Assembly (NCBI GenBank): GCA_002633005.1
Contig: NMRA01000582.1
Coordinates: 38,610-102,609, forward strand
Direction: 5' to 3'
From: Phoronis australis
Lineage: Eukaryota; Animalia; Phoronida
Length of the DNA stretch: 64,000 bases
Under the pieces are notes generated by a model. It made no database searches, was not told the origin of the DNA, and saw only the letters and a program-made list of their open reading frames with translations. The first letter of the stretch is position 1. Each line of letters begins with the position of its first letter. Shown piece by piece: positions 50,801 through 59,700 of this stretch. A program made the translations under genes and the position numbers.

Positions 50801-52731
50801 TCAAGTCTCTCCTTAAAGGCGAAGGCAACATTTTTTAATGTCATTTTTAGCAAAAATAAGGTGCGTTGATTATCCCAGACATATTTTTCACTTATTTACT
50901 GCTTTTCTTAATTTAATGAATTACTTGTCCTCTACTCCGGAAGTGACATTTTGGGAGTTAGGAATTTCGCTCCAACTTCTTTTCATATAGTCTGACTGTG
51001 AGAGCAGTCGAGTCAGTCATTGTTCAGTTCCCGGAATTGCACGCAATGGGGTACGTTCGGAGGCACGGGTGACAGCAGATGAAGTGCCTCCAGTCAGTGT
51101 ATATAGTGGCCACAGCTCGCGAGGCTTCTCGCTTCAAAAATGCACTTCCCCGGGGTTGGCGACGGGGCATTGCCGGGAATCGACGACGGTATGGTACCCT
51201 TCTTCAGGCTTTGTTTCGCATAGACCTTCATCAATTCAGCGTACATATCTCTGTCGTAATCTGACCGCAGGAAATGCTTGCCACACACTCGGTAACCTTC
51301 CACTGCTTCGTACGTTGCATGGACGGGTAGCGCTGCGTTTTTCACGAACAAGCTAGCCAAGTATGGCGAAGTGTGTCATCCTTCAGAAAGCGATGCAAGG
51401 TACCCAAAGCGCGTGTGAAACGATAATGAGTACATCCCAGCACGCAGCAACAGCTTGGCATGTTGACTGACTTGTAAACAAAAGCAAACAAGCACCGAAC
51501 TTATCACAACCGAGGTAGAACAATGACTGACTCAACAGCTCTCACAGTCAGACTATAATGAAAAGAAATTGGCGCTAAACTCTTGCCTCCCAAAACGTCA
51601 CTTCCGGAGTAGAGGACAAGAAATAAATCAAATTACGAAAAGCTGTAATTAAGTGAAACATGCGTCTGGGATAATCAACGAACCTTATTTTTGTTAAAAG
51701 TGACATGAAAAAAGGTTACCTTCGCCTTTAATAGCCAATCTGAATCCATTTACATCGTTGTGAAGAATTGTATTATTAACATAACCTTTTACATGGCCTG
51801 TTACCATGGGATGACTACAGAGGGCACTGCTGTCACTGATGTATGTATGGAAATACAGAATGTTAACAATTGTGCTGGGTAATGTAACCTATTTGAACCA
51901 TATTTTCATGGTGTTGAAGTACATTCAAACAAAACCAGGTTTTTAAGAAGTGCGCATCAATTAATGGTAGTTAATCACGTGTGTTGTTTAGCCTTATTAG
52001 AAACTTGGCCTATTAAACAGTACTATGTACTTCCTCAATAGATTTGTACAATTCCTTCTGTCGTCAAGAGGTCCATTTATCAGAGAATTTGATATAAGCT
52101 CTTAGTGTGTGTAGTAATCGTATCTGAACAGCAGTCCACAAGCACCTAGACTATCTTTGGCACCTGTGTGGACTGTGTACTAACAGTGTACGGACATTGG
52201 TCTCACTCAGTCTATCCATACTGTGTGAACTACTGTGCAAATGATGCATTTGGCTATGTGTAGTGATGCATTAGATTTGGCCAAGTATAGTTGACTGTTT
52301 GGTGAAGTGTTAATGGTATGTCTCATGTTTGAAGGTACCACCATGAACAACACAACCACAGACATAAGCCCTGTGAATATGTCCTCATTGATAGGTGAAA
52401 CTGTGTGCTTTATATGCATGATACAATAAGCTAGTCTCCTTTGTGTATCACAAACTAACAGCAAAAGCATACTACTGGACAGTGACCTTATGAACCCATT
52501 GTCAAGCAGTGATTACTTGCAGTTGTTGATGGTGTTTCGAGTCAAAGTTCATTCGCGCAGATGGCAGTCTCTTGTGACATCAGGTGCGACGTGACTTGGC
52601 TGTGCAACGTCTTGTGTAATATCCTTGTTCCCATTGCAGTTCGTCCGTCTAAAGAACCTGGATGGCTTGAAGGTACTTACAAGGGGCGCCAGGGACTGAT
52701 ACCTGAGAACTACGTCAAGTATATAGACTAG
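2701..52731 (+). CDS. Graf: GRAF-family Rho GTPase-activating protein (BAR-PH-RhoGAP-SH3), multi-exon, 5' exons outside the window; ARHGAP26/ARHGAP10/ARHGAP42/OPHN1 family
   Basis: About 20 GT-AG exons join in frame and give recognisable BAR ([13 protein letters not shown]), PH ([28 protein letters not shown]), RhoGAP (GLYRVVG arginine finger, [27 protein letters not shown]) and SH3 ([27 protein letters not shown]) segments in GRAF order. Confidence 0.96.
3691..3801 (+). CDS. Graf: Graf exon, BAR domain ([37 protein letters not shown])
   Basis: ttgtag acceptor, gtaagt donor, 111 nt, phase 0-0; conserved QEVQERKxFEFVE motif. Confidence 0.95.
4128..4302. repeat. Diverged tandem repeat, about 58 bp x 3
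   Basis: tggctgaaccYaata recurs near 4129, 4187 and 4244. Confidence 0.8.
4437..4821. repeat. 39-bp minisatellite, about 10 copies
   Basis: Unit gaatgtgaactactccatgtagggtcaggttcatgttat; explains the 13-aa periodic ORFs on both strands. Confidence 0.95.
5455..5861. mobile_element. MITE-like element, inverted relative of 26587-26970
   Basis: gtctcacc / ggtgagac ends; 5785-5855 is the reverse complement of about 26590-26660 with scattered mismatches. Confidence 0.65.
12132..12174 (+). CDS. Graf: Graf exon, BAR domain ([15 protein letters not shown])
   Basis: tttcag acceptor, gtaagt donor, 43 nt, phase 0-1; matches the GRAF FYHxG motif. Confidence 0.92.
15640..15824. repeat. 46-bp minisatellite x 4
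   Basis: Unit tatctaatataggccgttctctcaggtgtatcaggtcacactgacc. Confidence 0.95.
15941..19548. repeat. About 1.8-kb direct duplication (15941-17748 and 17750-19548) joined at a single n; probable assembly or haplotype artefact
   Basis: Near-identical copies offset by about 1800; identical 69-aa ORFs at 17180 and 18980; n at 17749 is exactly at the junction. Confidence 0.9.
19545..19683. repeat. About 36-bp tandem repeat x 4
   Basis: gtgtgttttgRaggagagNgcatgaaacgtagt units. Confidence 0.85.
20510..20558 (+). CDS. Graf: Candidate alternative first coding exon of Graf ([16 protein letters not shown])
   Basis: ATG in acaATGG context, open for 16 codons + 1 nt, strong gtaagt donor; phase 1 fits exon 21060; TCAGTC initiator-like motif at 20445-20450. 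Confidence 0.45.
21060..21121 (+). CDS. Graf: Graf exon, BAR domain ([20 protein letters not shown])
   Basis: ttctgcag acceptor, gtaagt donor, 62 nt, phase 1-0. Confidence 0.9.
24096..24170 (+). CDS. Graf: Graf putative mutually exclusive exon A, end of BAR ([25 protein letters not shown])
   Basis: Long polypyrimidine tract ending ttttgcag, cag|gtatag donor, 75 nt, phase 0-0; same length as and homologous to exon 28928-29002. Confidence 0.8.
24733..25204. mobile_element. About 470-bp MITE family with relatives near 113-600, 14130-14600, 16300-16620 (inverted; duplicate near 18100-18420) and 36200-36590
   Basis: Perfect 14-bp inverted ends ggttatgtaggacc / ggtcctacataacc; shared internal blocks (atctcagaaatggct, gtgacccaatt..aacagattg); some copies end in aaccttaa. 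Confidence 0.75.
25379..25426. repeat. 12-bp tandem repeat (ccttatagtcca) x 4
   Basis: Read directly; gives the PPYS repeat in the ORF track. Confidence 0.9.
26587..26970. mobile_element. MITE-like element
   Basis: About 30-bp inverted ends gtctacacacagcttaccttagaataactt / aagttattctagagtaagtctgtgtgcagac. Confidence 0.72.
28928..29002 (+). CDS. Graf: Graf putative mutually exclusive exon B, end of BAR ([25 protein letters not shown])
   Basis: tttgcag acceptor, gtaatg donor, 75 nt, phase 0-0; TRxxFxxTRxExExLM is the usual GRAF pattern; a second in-frame donor (gag|gtgcgt) is possible after 28990. Confidence 0.9.
30015..30081 (+). CDS. Graf: Graf exon, start of PH ([22 protein letters not shown])
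   Basis: ccttcag acceptor, gtaagt donor, phase 0-1. Confidence 0.93.
30857..30995 (+). CDS. Graf: Graf exon, PH ([47 protein letters not shown])
   Basis: tgtcag acceptor, gtaggt donor, phase 1-2; TWxKYYC motif. Confidence 0.93.
31513..31648 (+). CDS. Graf: Graf exon, PH ([45 protein letters not shown])
   Basis: ctttcag acceptor, gtaagg donor, phase 2-0; hallmark GRAF PH sequence. Confidence 0.96.
31760..32300 (-). repeat. Dispersed repeat with internal subrepeats and CTCF-like motifs; inverted relative of 60840-61720
   Basis: attctgcgccacctggtggccattttta (31916) is close to the reverse complement of taaaaatggccaccagatggcgcagaat (60837); the motif recurs at 32271. Confidence 0.7.
32764..32806 (+). 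CDS. Graf: Graf exon, PH-GAP linker ([15 protein letters not shown])
   Basis: ctccacag acceptor, gtattg donor, 43 nt, phase 0-1. Confidence 0.88.
33435..33572 (+). CDS. Graf: Graf exon, RhoGAP with arginine finger ([45 protein letters not shown])
   Basis: ctag acceptor, gtatgt donor, phase 1-1; GLYR motif. Confidence 0.96.
33774..33861 (+). CDS. Graf: Graf exon, RhoGAP ([30 protein letters not shown])
   Basis: ttgtag acceptor, gtacag donor, phase 1-2; [12 protein letters not shown] motif. Confidence 0.95.
34643..34701 (+). CDS. Graf: Graf exon, RhoGAP ([19 protein letters not shown])
   Basis: ccacag acceptor, gtgagt donor, phase 2-1. Confidence 0.94.
35345..35450 (+). CDS. Graf: Graf exon, RhoGAP ([35 protein letters not shown])
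   Basis: ccgtag acceptor, gtaagt donor, phase 1-2. Confidence 0.94.
35954..36113 (+). CDS. Graf: Graf exon, end of RhoGAP ([53 protein letters not shown])
   Basis: ttccag acceptor, gtaacg donor, phase 2-0. Confidence 0.96.
36699..37041 (+). CDS. Graf: Graf exon, Ser/Pro-rich region after the GAP domain ([13 protein letters not shown]...[10 protein letters not shown])
   Basis: ctcgcag acceptor, gtgagt donor, 343 nt open frame, phase 0-1. Confidence 0.9.
38217..38367. repeat. 18-bp tandem repeat (gggcttatRcccgggggt) x 4 in a probable MITE end
   Basis: Direct repeats followed by a ...gaatacggta terminus. Confidence 0.75.
38487..38513 (+). CDS. Graf: Putative 27-nt Graf microexon (GYSPRYSYT)
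   Basis: tttccccgtccctctctgtag acceptor, cag|gtaagt consensus donor, symmetric phase 1-1, no stop. Confidence 0.7.
39988..40493. mobile_element. Non-autonomous hAT-like DNA transposon
   Basis: Perfect 13-bp TIR cagggcttggaat / attccaagccctg, flanked on both sides by taccaa; CpG-rich interior. Confidence 0.82.
41023..41184 (+). CDS. Graf: Graf exon, Ser-rich linker ([18 protein letters not shown]...RQKNVI)
   Basis: ttgccag acceptor, gtaatg donor, 162 nt, phase 1-1. Confidence 0.85.
42072..42228 (+). CDS. Graf: Graf exon, linker with two YQN motifs ([52 protein letters not shown])
   Basis: ttctag acceptor, gtacgt donor, phase 1-2, open frame; phase fits both downstream exon choices. Confidence 0.82.
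42932..43043. repeat. About 55-bp exact tandem duplication; similar local duplications at 7408-7493 and 32442-32525
   Basis: ctgcttagctgtaacactaacatacatagttaaatggtaagaacaaataggtgaac occurs twice. Confidence 0.9.
43647..43821 (+). CDS. Graf: Putative alternative terminal exon of Graf, SH3-less isoform ([57 protein letters not shown])
   Basis: ttttag acceptor (second in-frame AG 6 nt downstream), phase 2 fits exon 42072-42228, 57 open codons then TAA; coding-like composition against AT-rich flanks; AATAAA plus GT-rich element at about 45389. Confidence 0.68.
45389..45394 (+). terminator. Candidate polyadenylation signal for the SH3-less isoform (duplicate at about 48501)
   Basis: AATAAA followed by GT-rich gttttatgtgttgtgt. 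Confidence 0.4.
46517..46567 (+). CDS. Graf: Graf exon before SH3 ([17 protein letters not shown]), copy 1
   Basis: tttcag acceptor, gtaagt donor, 51 nt, phase 2-2; lies inside the block duplicated across the N gap. Confidence 0.8.
47069..47680. other. Assembly gap (N run)
   Basis: 612 n characters. Confidence 1.
48836..49170. repeat. 34-bp minisatellite, about 10 copies (about 2 copies in the duplicate at 45704-45768)
   Basis: Unit gatcatactgtatggcttagtattgagccatcac. Confidence 0.95.
49898..49948 (+). CDS. Graf: Graf exon before SH3, copy 2 (identical to 46517-46567; probably the other haplotype)
   Basis: Same sequence and splice sites as copy 1. Confidence 0.75.
50473..50552 (+). CDS. 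Graf: Graf exon, SH3 N-terminal half ([27 protein letters not shown])
   Basis: ttacag acceptor, gtaagt donor, phase 2-1; GRAF-type LYACxAExxSELSF. Confidence 0.95.
50817..51727 (-). mobile_element. Non-autonomous Kolobok-like DNA transposon with long TIRs and a THAP remnant
   Basis: ttaa|aggcgaagg ... ccttcgcct|ttaa; about 210-bp imperfect TIRs; THAP-like coding remnant on the - strand. Confidence 0.85.
51177..51461 (-). pseudogene. Frameshifted THAP zinc-finger domain
   Basis: [36 protein letters not shown] from the ATG at 51461, then a frame change to ...[23 protein letters not shown]...LKKGTIPS; C2CH, W, HF and AVP-like THAP signature. Confidence 0.82.
52640..52731 (+). CDS. Graf: Graf last exon, SH3 C-terminal half ([30 protein letters not shown])
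   Basis: ttgcag acceptor, phase 1, EPGWLEG and GLIPENYV motifs, TAG stop at 52729-52731. Confidence 0.96.
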
Positions 52732-52821
52732 CTGTTCACACTAGTCCATCAAGTGCTGATTTTACATGTCACTAATGAAGTAACAACTGTACATGGATTT
52801 ATTATTTGCTCGGGCTTGGGT

Positions 52822-53437
52822 AGACTGGAGTGGTGACCCATTCAGTTGTTATTGGGGTACTGCCAATAACCAAGTACAGACTGGAGTGGTGACCCATTGA
52901 GTTGTTATTGGGGTACTGCCAATAACCAAGTACAGACTGGAGTGGTGACCCATTCAGTTGTTATTGGGGTACTGCCAATAACCAAGTACAGACTGGAGTG
53001 GTGACCCATTCAGTTGTTATTGGGGTACTGCCAATAACCAAGTACAGACTGGAGTGGTGACCCATTCAGTTGTTATTGGGGTACTGCCAATAACCAAGTA
53101 CAGACTGGAGTGGTGACCCATTCAGTTGTTATTGGGGTACTGCCAATAACCAAGTACAGACTGGAGTGGTGACCCATTCAGTTGTTATTGGGGTACTGCC
53201 AATAACCAAGTACAGACTGGAGTGGTGACCCATTCAGTTGTTATTGGGGTGCTGCCAATAACCAAGTACAGACTGGAGTGGTGACGCATTCAGTTGTTAT
53301 TGGGGTACTGCCAATAACCAAGTACAGACTGGAGTGGTGACCCATTCAGTTGTTATTGGGGTACTGCCAATAACCAAGTACAGACTGGAGTGGTGACCCA
53401 TTCAGTTGTTAGTGGGGTACTGCCAGTAACCAAGTAT
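52822..53437. repeat. 56-bp minisatellite x 11 just 3' of the Graf stop codon
   Basis: Unit agactggagtggtgacccattcagttgttattggggtactgccaataaccaagtac; period checked at 52822, 52878, 52934. Confidence 0.97.
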
Positions 53438-55250
53438 ACAAGGGTGGGCTGCTAACTGACATGGGCAGCGCACTATAGGGGGCACTTTTTTCAGTGCTAC
53501 GCCGCATGTGGTCTATAGGCGGTGCACCACAGGGGAGCTGAGGGGGCTGTAGTTCCCCACTTTTTTCAGTGTTGCGCCGCGCATGGCTGAGGGTCCATTT
53601 TAGAGCAAACAATTCTTAATGGGGTCCAATTTTTTCAAATGTTTCAAGTAAACATAATGCTGGTTAGAGACCCATGCACCCTGTGACAATTGATGGCAGA
53701 CATATTTGGAAGGAAGGCCCTACAGTAGGGAGAGGCAAATCTTGCACAAAGTAGACCTCGGATATTTAGCAGCCCTCCCTTGTATTAGACTGGTTCCCTG
53801 GTATGGACAATTAGTGTTGACAACAGTGCCCTGCTCCTGTGCAATGTGGATAGTTGCTGAGGTACTGTGTATGCTACTCCACCATTTGGTGCATTAATGA
53901 ACTATGCACCTTTGGGTGGCATCAGGTATCTTGATATGATTGCAGAATTGATATTCTGAGTTGGCTTCCTGTTATAATATGGTGTAAATAGTACATGCTG
54001 GGATATGAGTTGATGTACCAGTGGTACATATATTGATGTTAAAGTTGGCCTTCTCTACTGCTTTGGTAATGAACTCCTTTATTTTGCAGATATATTTGTT
54101 TAATTTACACACTTTCAACATAATGTATTGTTAGGACACTTCAGATATGTGTTTAGTACATTGATTAGTTTTAGTGAAATTGTGTGTACGCGAACCTGTA
54201 CTGGCATTGGGAAATTGAGTGAGAATGTACAGAGCAGTCGGTAGTAGTCACGTTTTAGTTTGCTTCGCAATAAAAAACATTAAATAACTGTAGTGCAGCA
54301 GTCATTTGCCACATTTACAGAATTCCAAGTGTCAGTAGTACATGCGTTAGTGAGCCTGTTTGAAAAGATTTTGTAACAAAAAATATTCACGGTCGCAAAT
54401 TACAAATGAGGTGTGCCTCTACGTTTAATCAAAAAGCCTCTCACCAATTATTGTATATTGAATTGAATCATCTACACATCTGCTCATTGTGTAGCAACAA
54501 AGGTGAACAGAAATGAGGGCGCAGTTCACAACATGATATTGGAATTTAGTCCGCATGTACATGCAATTTTGCTGGAACTTTTATGTTGGAGTGTGCTACG
54601 CAGGATGAAGAATCACTGTACTAACAGTGATTCAAATTTCTGTGTAGTAATTTTATTTTCAGTTGAACTGGCAGGTTAATAACGCGTTTATTGCGGAGCC
54701 ACAGTTATACTGATTTGTACTTAGTTTTTGTACTATAAAATTACACAATGCAATGCTATATTGGCTCTAAGAGACGCTGTATAGGAAAATTGTGTCTATT
54801 TTTATGTGTACGTCATTAAGAATTGTGCTGAAATGTTGGGAAGTTATGTTAGTTAAAACCATTTGCAAGAAGTTGTATAAGTTGGCTTGTATTTACACAA
54901 AATGTATATTTACAGTACGTAACAGGCTAAACAATCATTGTTTTCAATTTTAGCTATTCAAAAGGGGTATATATGACATACATCAATTCGATAAATGCTA
55001 TATAAGATAAGATTATTGATCTGATGCTTGTAAACAACTTGCAGTTGTGGTAATCTGTTCTTATGATTAACTTAAGAACCTTGTAGTGTTTTGTACCTTG
55101 AACCTCGTTCATATTTAATACGTTCATAGCATATTTTCAACAAATTTTGGGACGCTTATCTAAACAACATTTTGGGAGTCTAGAGGGCAAGGTGAATATT
55201 TTGACATGTTTAGACAGAGTCACTGGACAGTGTAGTGCCAATATAAATAT

Positions 55251-55269
55251 AATAAATTTGTAATTTATT
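55251..55269. terminator. Candidate opposed poly(A) signals of the convergent genes
   Basis: AATAAA on + at 55251 and TTTATT (AATAAA on -) at 55264; composition switches from T/G-rich to A/C-rich here. Confidence 0.4.
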
Positions 55270-56654
55270 CTCAGCTTGTAAATGAAGCAACCTTATGTCT
55301 CCTGTTTTCAGTTGGTATTTACAAATATACTAGTCACAGCAATAAATACATAAAATACCCTCAACTGTCTTCCCTAGAACAAAATTATAACAAAATAAAT
55401 TCTCAAGATATGAATAACAACACCATCTAGTGGCAACATTGATGTGGGATGGTATTTCTGTGCATTTAACACTATACAATTATGGACCAATCCCGAGTGT
55501 CGTCAAGTCATGTGGACTGAGGAAAAGAAATGCTTCCCTGGCCAAGGACAACACTGCACTCCCTTGATTTTATTACATGACTACCGATGCTTTCCTGTTC
55601 ATCTCTCAATTTGATTAGCTGGTTCTTGCCTGCTTTGCAGTACTGACATCCTCTGCTCACTTGTATGTCGGGGTTTGTGCTTTCTACAGCATATGACTGG
55701 TCAGATTGTGACTAGCGACATCTGACCTCTGGGGACATCAACGAAAGGTGATAATTCACAGCCAGGTTGGTCAGTGTTATCAAAGGTATATCGGAAGCAA
55801 TCAATTTGCATTTTAGCCAATCAGAGGAAAGAAGTATCAGAGGTCATGTACTAAATAATACAAAACAACCATGTACTTTCAGCTTGTTCAGGGAACTAAA
55901 GCAGTACAAGACAGCACCAACATTACTGTAGTAGGACAGTAAACTGCACAGCAGCGACACCACTGTACAACAGTACACACTACACACATGAGAGCAGTGA
56001 CACCACTGTATAACAGTACACACTACATACATGTCATTTTTGCCACACTAGCTGCACTGTCCCCAAAACATACTCCAGCCAGTTTGTGAAAGGTCCCATT
56101 AACTAAAATCATGCTGCTAAGTCACTGCTGAAGCCACAGTTCTAAGTGTACTCTCGTACAGCAGCTTGCAGTTAGGCTCAAGAAAATCGACTGAGCAACT
56201 ATAATTATGGCGAAATTTCACGAGTTTAAGACACGACACAGTCGAAAAAGGTAATTCGTTTTTTATAAAAAATAAGTAGCAATAATTTACCATAGCCAAC
56301 ATCAGACAATGTTATGAAAACATTTTCTCTCGGCACAACGTCTGGGGTGCATGTTTTACACAGCCAGTGTGACAGTAAATTGCACTTTTAACTTAAACAC
56401 ATTTTCACACACGTGCTAGTAGCTCTTCAGTACCACTCTTAGCATTTAAATGAAAATCTTGTTAAAGTTCACCTAAATGTTTACAAACTGGATCTTCAAA
56501 CTCTCAGATAAATGTTCTTGACTGCACTTGATTCAATTGGCCGGCTCAACTGGCTACGATAACCGATTGGTTTGTAGCTGGAAGTCACCAATGAGAACCT
56601 ATTGCATGCCTTAACCAGTCGAACTGACAGAGCTAATTAAACGTATCCCATGTT

Positions 56655-56788
56655 TCACTCCATGATGTCATTCAAAAACAGCGCCCTCTTCTGGACACTG
56701 TCTTCGCCATATTTCTCCACAAGGAAGTCATAACTGTCCTCATCATTAAGAAGTAGGTCGTCATCCTCTGGCATCCAGCCATTCTCAC
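56655..56788 (-). CDS. TERF2IP: RAP1-like last exon (GENGWMPEDDDLLLNDEDSYDFLVEKYGEDSVQKRALFLNDIME*)
   Basis: ctacacag acceptor on the - strand, phase 1, TGA at 56657-56655; RCT signature. Confidence 0.88.
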
Positions 56789-59700
56789 CTGTGTAGTGAT
56801 AACACCTGAGCAATAGGGACGAGGCACAACAAAGGGCAACTCTGGAGTGACAGATTTGTATTCAAGATATATTTCAGGCCCTAGGTTCTAACCTTTGCAG
56901 TCGGAATAGAACTTTTGACACTTTCCATGTTACTTTTGCGCAAACTCAAGATAAGAGTCTGTGGTCAAGCATACTATGACTTATGCCTACAATGTACTAC
57001 TCAATTTTCACACATGATGACCCTTTGACTGGAGCTACCAACTTGAGTAATAATGAGGAGTAACTTGAAATCTCGAGTAAAAACTACAGATTTTGAGTAA
57101 CAACTTGCAATTTCAAGTTCAGACTCGAACTATTAGGTATGCCTTGATGCCGAGGTCGTCAACTGGAAATTAGCATTAGACAGTTATCCATGTAAGCCAC
57201 AGGCAATAAGCTTTCAGAAAATAATATGTAAATTTTGTCAACATAAATTCTATAGTTTTGTAGACATTAAGATGAATGCACAGGCGTCTTGATAAGGTTC
57301 TACAGAACTATAAAAAGATACCAAACCCGGTGATTGTCTATAGACAGATATCAACGACTCTTGCTCCTTTGACATGTAACTGCTCTGGAACATTCATCAC
57401 TCTACACAAGTTAGAGCAAGTTTGCAAATTTGTTACAGATTCTGCTAAATTGGCCAGCGTGACAAACACTGCAGGCAAGTTATACAGCAACATTAAGAGA
57501 GCACCCAACAAGAATTGAAGGATATATTTTATGACATAGTGTGCGTTTCTAGTTGAATACCAATCTTCTTACTCAAGTCAGACACCAAAGGTACATTTAC
57601 CAGGTGATAGAGCGCGGAATAGATGAATTCACCAAAACAGGGTATAGAATCTTTTTGAATGATTCCAATAATAACCCAACAGTTGACTTGAGCCCATCTC
57701 ATAAAATGGGACGGCAATTTTCTTTCTACAACAGTCACAGAAGTGTTGTTCTCACAGGGACCATACAATAATGCTTTTCCATGAAAATTGTGAAAATTTA
57801 TTGAAATACTGTACAGGGAAACAAGTTCTTCATTTAGTTCGAATTGATCATTATTGTCAGCAGGTGACACTATATTGAGATGGTTCAAGCCAACTGTCCA
57901 ATGATGTCAATAACGGCATGAGATATCACTATACCTTGACAATTTTTTCCATATTTTATCCATTGAATGGCATCCTTAACTGAACCAGAGTGCATCATAA
58001 GACACGCGAAAAAGGCCCTAGGCCTTAGGCCGACTTTCTTGGAGCATTTCTGAAAATGAGGACAATTGAGCAATTTTTAAAACACAACTGTGTTCAACCG
58101 TTATATGATACATTGATATTAAGCACACCCAGGTGTTGTGCATGCCTCAGCCATTCAGGACTTCAACATTAAATATGCCAGCGTTTCAAATGCAGGTTAA
58201 TACTGGCAAAGAATTGCACAGTTACCACACACTTGATACCTCAAAACATGCTCCACTTAGCGTTACGAATTCACCGAGAATGGCAGAAGGCTTTAAAATG
58301 GAATTTGCAGGGTAATTACTTATCTCCATGATTGCTTACACAAATTAGTTAAAAACACAACGTAGGTTGAAAGTTGCCCAATGTTTTTAAGAATGAGTTT
58401 TGTAGCGGAAATGATCCGACTGCAAATCACTGTACCGTGTCCAGTAAGTATCGTGACCTGGTGTTGGGGAATAACACTACATGATGCAGGCTATGTGAGC
58501 CTCCAAGGTTCGTCATTAATGCAAAGGTCACCTATTTGCAAAGTTTTTTGTTTTCACATTTACAAGTTGTCTATGAGTACAACTGCACTTTGTTTTACAC
58601 AGATTATGTTCAAATAGCGGTGTCGTTTAGTTCCTGCTATACATTACTATAGTTAGGAACATACAATTACATGTTTAAAAATAAAACACAAGTTGGGTTC
58701 ATCTCTGTGACTTTGGAATTGCTGCCAAGGAGTAGCTGATGAGGACACTTTGTAAATGAATTCAGAAAGAGATAAGGAATACCAAAATTGTATTGGAGAA
58801 ATGTCTCAGACGAGTCTCGATGAATATTGACTGTTCGATAATGCACCTGAATATTTTGTATCTCATACTGAAAACCTTTTTTCCAGACATGCTCAATTCA
58901 GTTTGTCAACAACGGTAGAACTAAACGTTCACAAAGGGTGTGTGTGTATGTATGCGTGTGATGTGACTTGGGGACTAAGTGTGGTATGTGTGTGTGTGTG
59001 TTGTGACTTGGGGTCTAAGTGTGGTGTGTGTGTGTGTTGTGACTTGGGGTCTAAGTGTGATATGTGTGTGTGTGTGTTGTGACTTGGGGNTGTGTTGTGA
59101 CTTGGGGTCTAAGTGTGGTATGTGTGTGTGTGTTGTGACTTGGGGTCTAAGTGTGGTATGTGTGTGTGTGTTGTGACTTGGGGTCTACGTGGTGTTGAAA
59201 AAAGTTATAGTACCGGGTAGACAGCCATTGCACTAGTCTAGTCCAGTGCTTTGCGGGTAGAAAAGAAACATTAAAACACATTACAGACAACAAGAACAGA
59301 CAACAGAAATACAAAATTTATGAGTGGTGACACCTCTAATTAAAATGTCGCCAATAAAAACATTACAAGCAAAAATGAACAACGAATGTCTCACACTAAA
59401 ATTCATTTTCAAAACCAGTGAATTTGAAAGGAAACTGGGATTACAGTTTATCAGCAATTTCAAAACAGACGAGACTATTTCGTAAATTATAAATCTTCAA
59501 AATCATGGTACCGGGATTTTTCACAGATAAGCCCCAGCCGACGAAAGGCCAATGGGCGTTTATTTGGTGTCACAACTTCTGGTGCCAAGTGTCTAGATAG
59601 TGGGACGTTTATTCCAAGAATTTCCTTACTAAGCCCACTCAATATCAACTTTTAGCCACACATTCAGTTTTGTGGAGCATTTATTATTTATAAAAATGAA

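Noticed and set aside
52822-53437. CRISPR-like appearance of a palindromic repeat array
   Set aside because: Units are contiguous and near-identical with no unique spacers, there are no cas genes, and the context is eukaryotic; this is a minisatellite
57276-57888. Overlapping 72-119 aa ORFs in the RAP1-like intron
   Set aside because: No homology recognised; the region resembles the dispersed MITE family
58783-58846. Possible extra minus-strand exon (VHYRTVNIHRDSSETFLQYNF)
   Set aside because: Phase 0-1 would break the frame; exons 59997-60061 and 57935-58049 already join to give a gap-free RCT alignment
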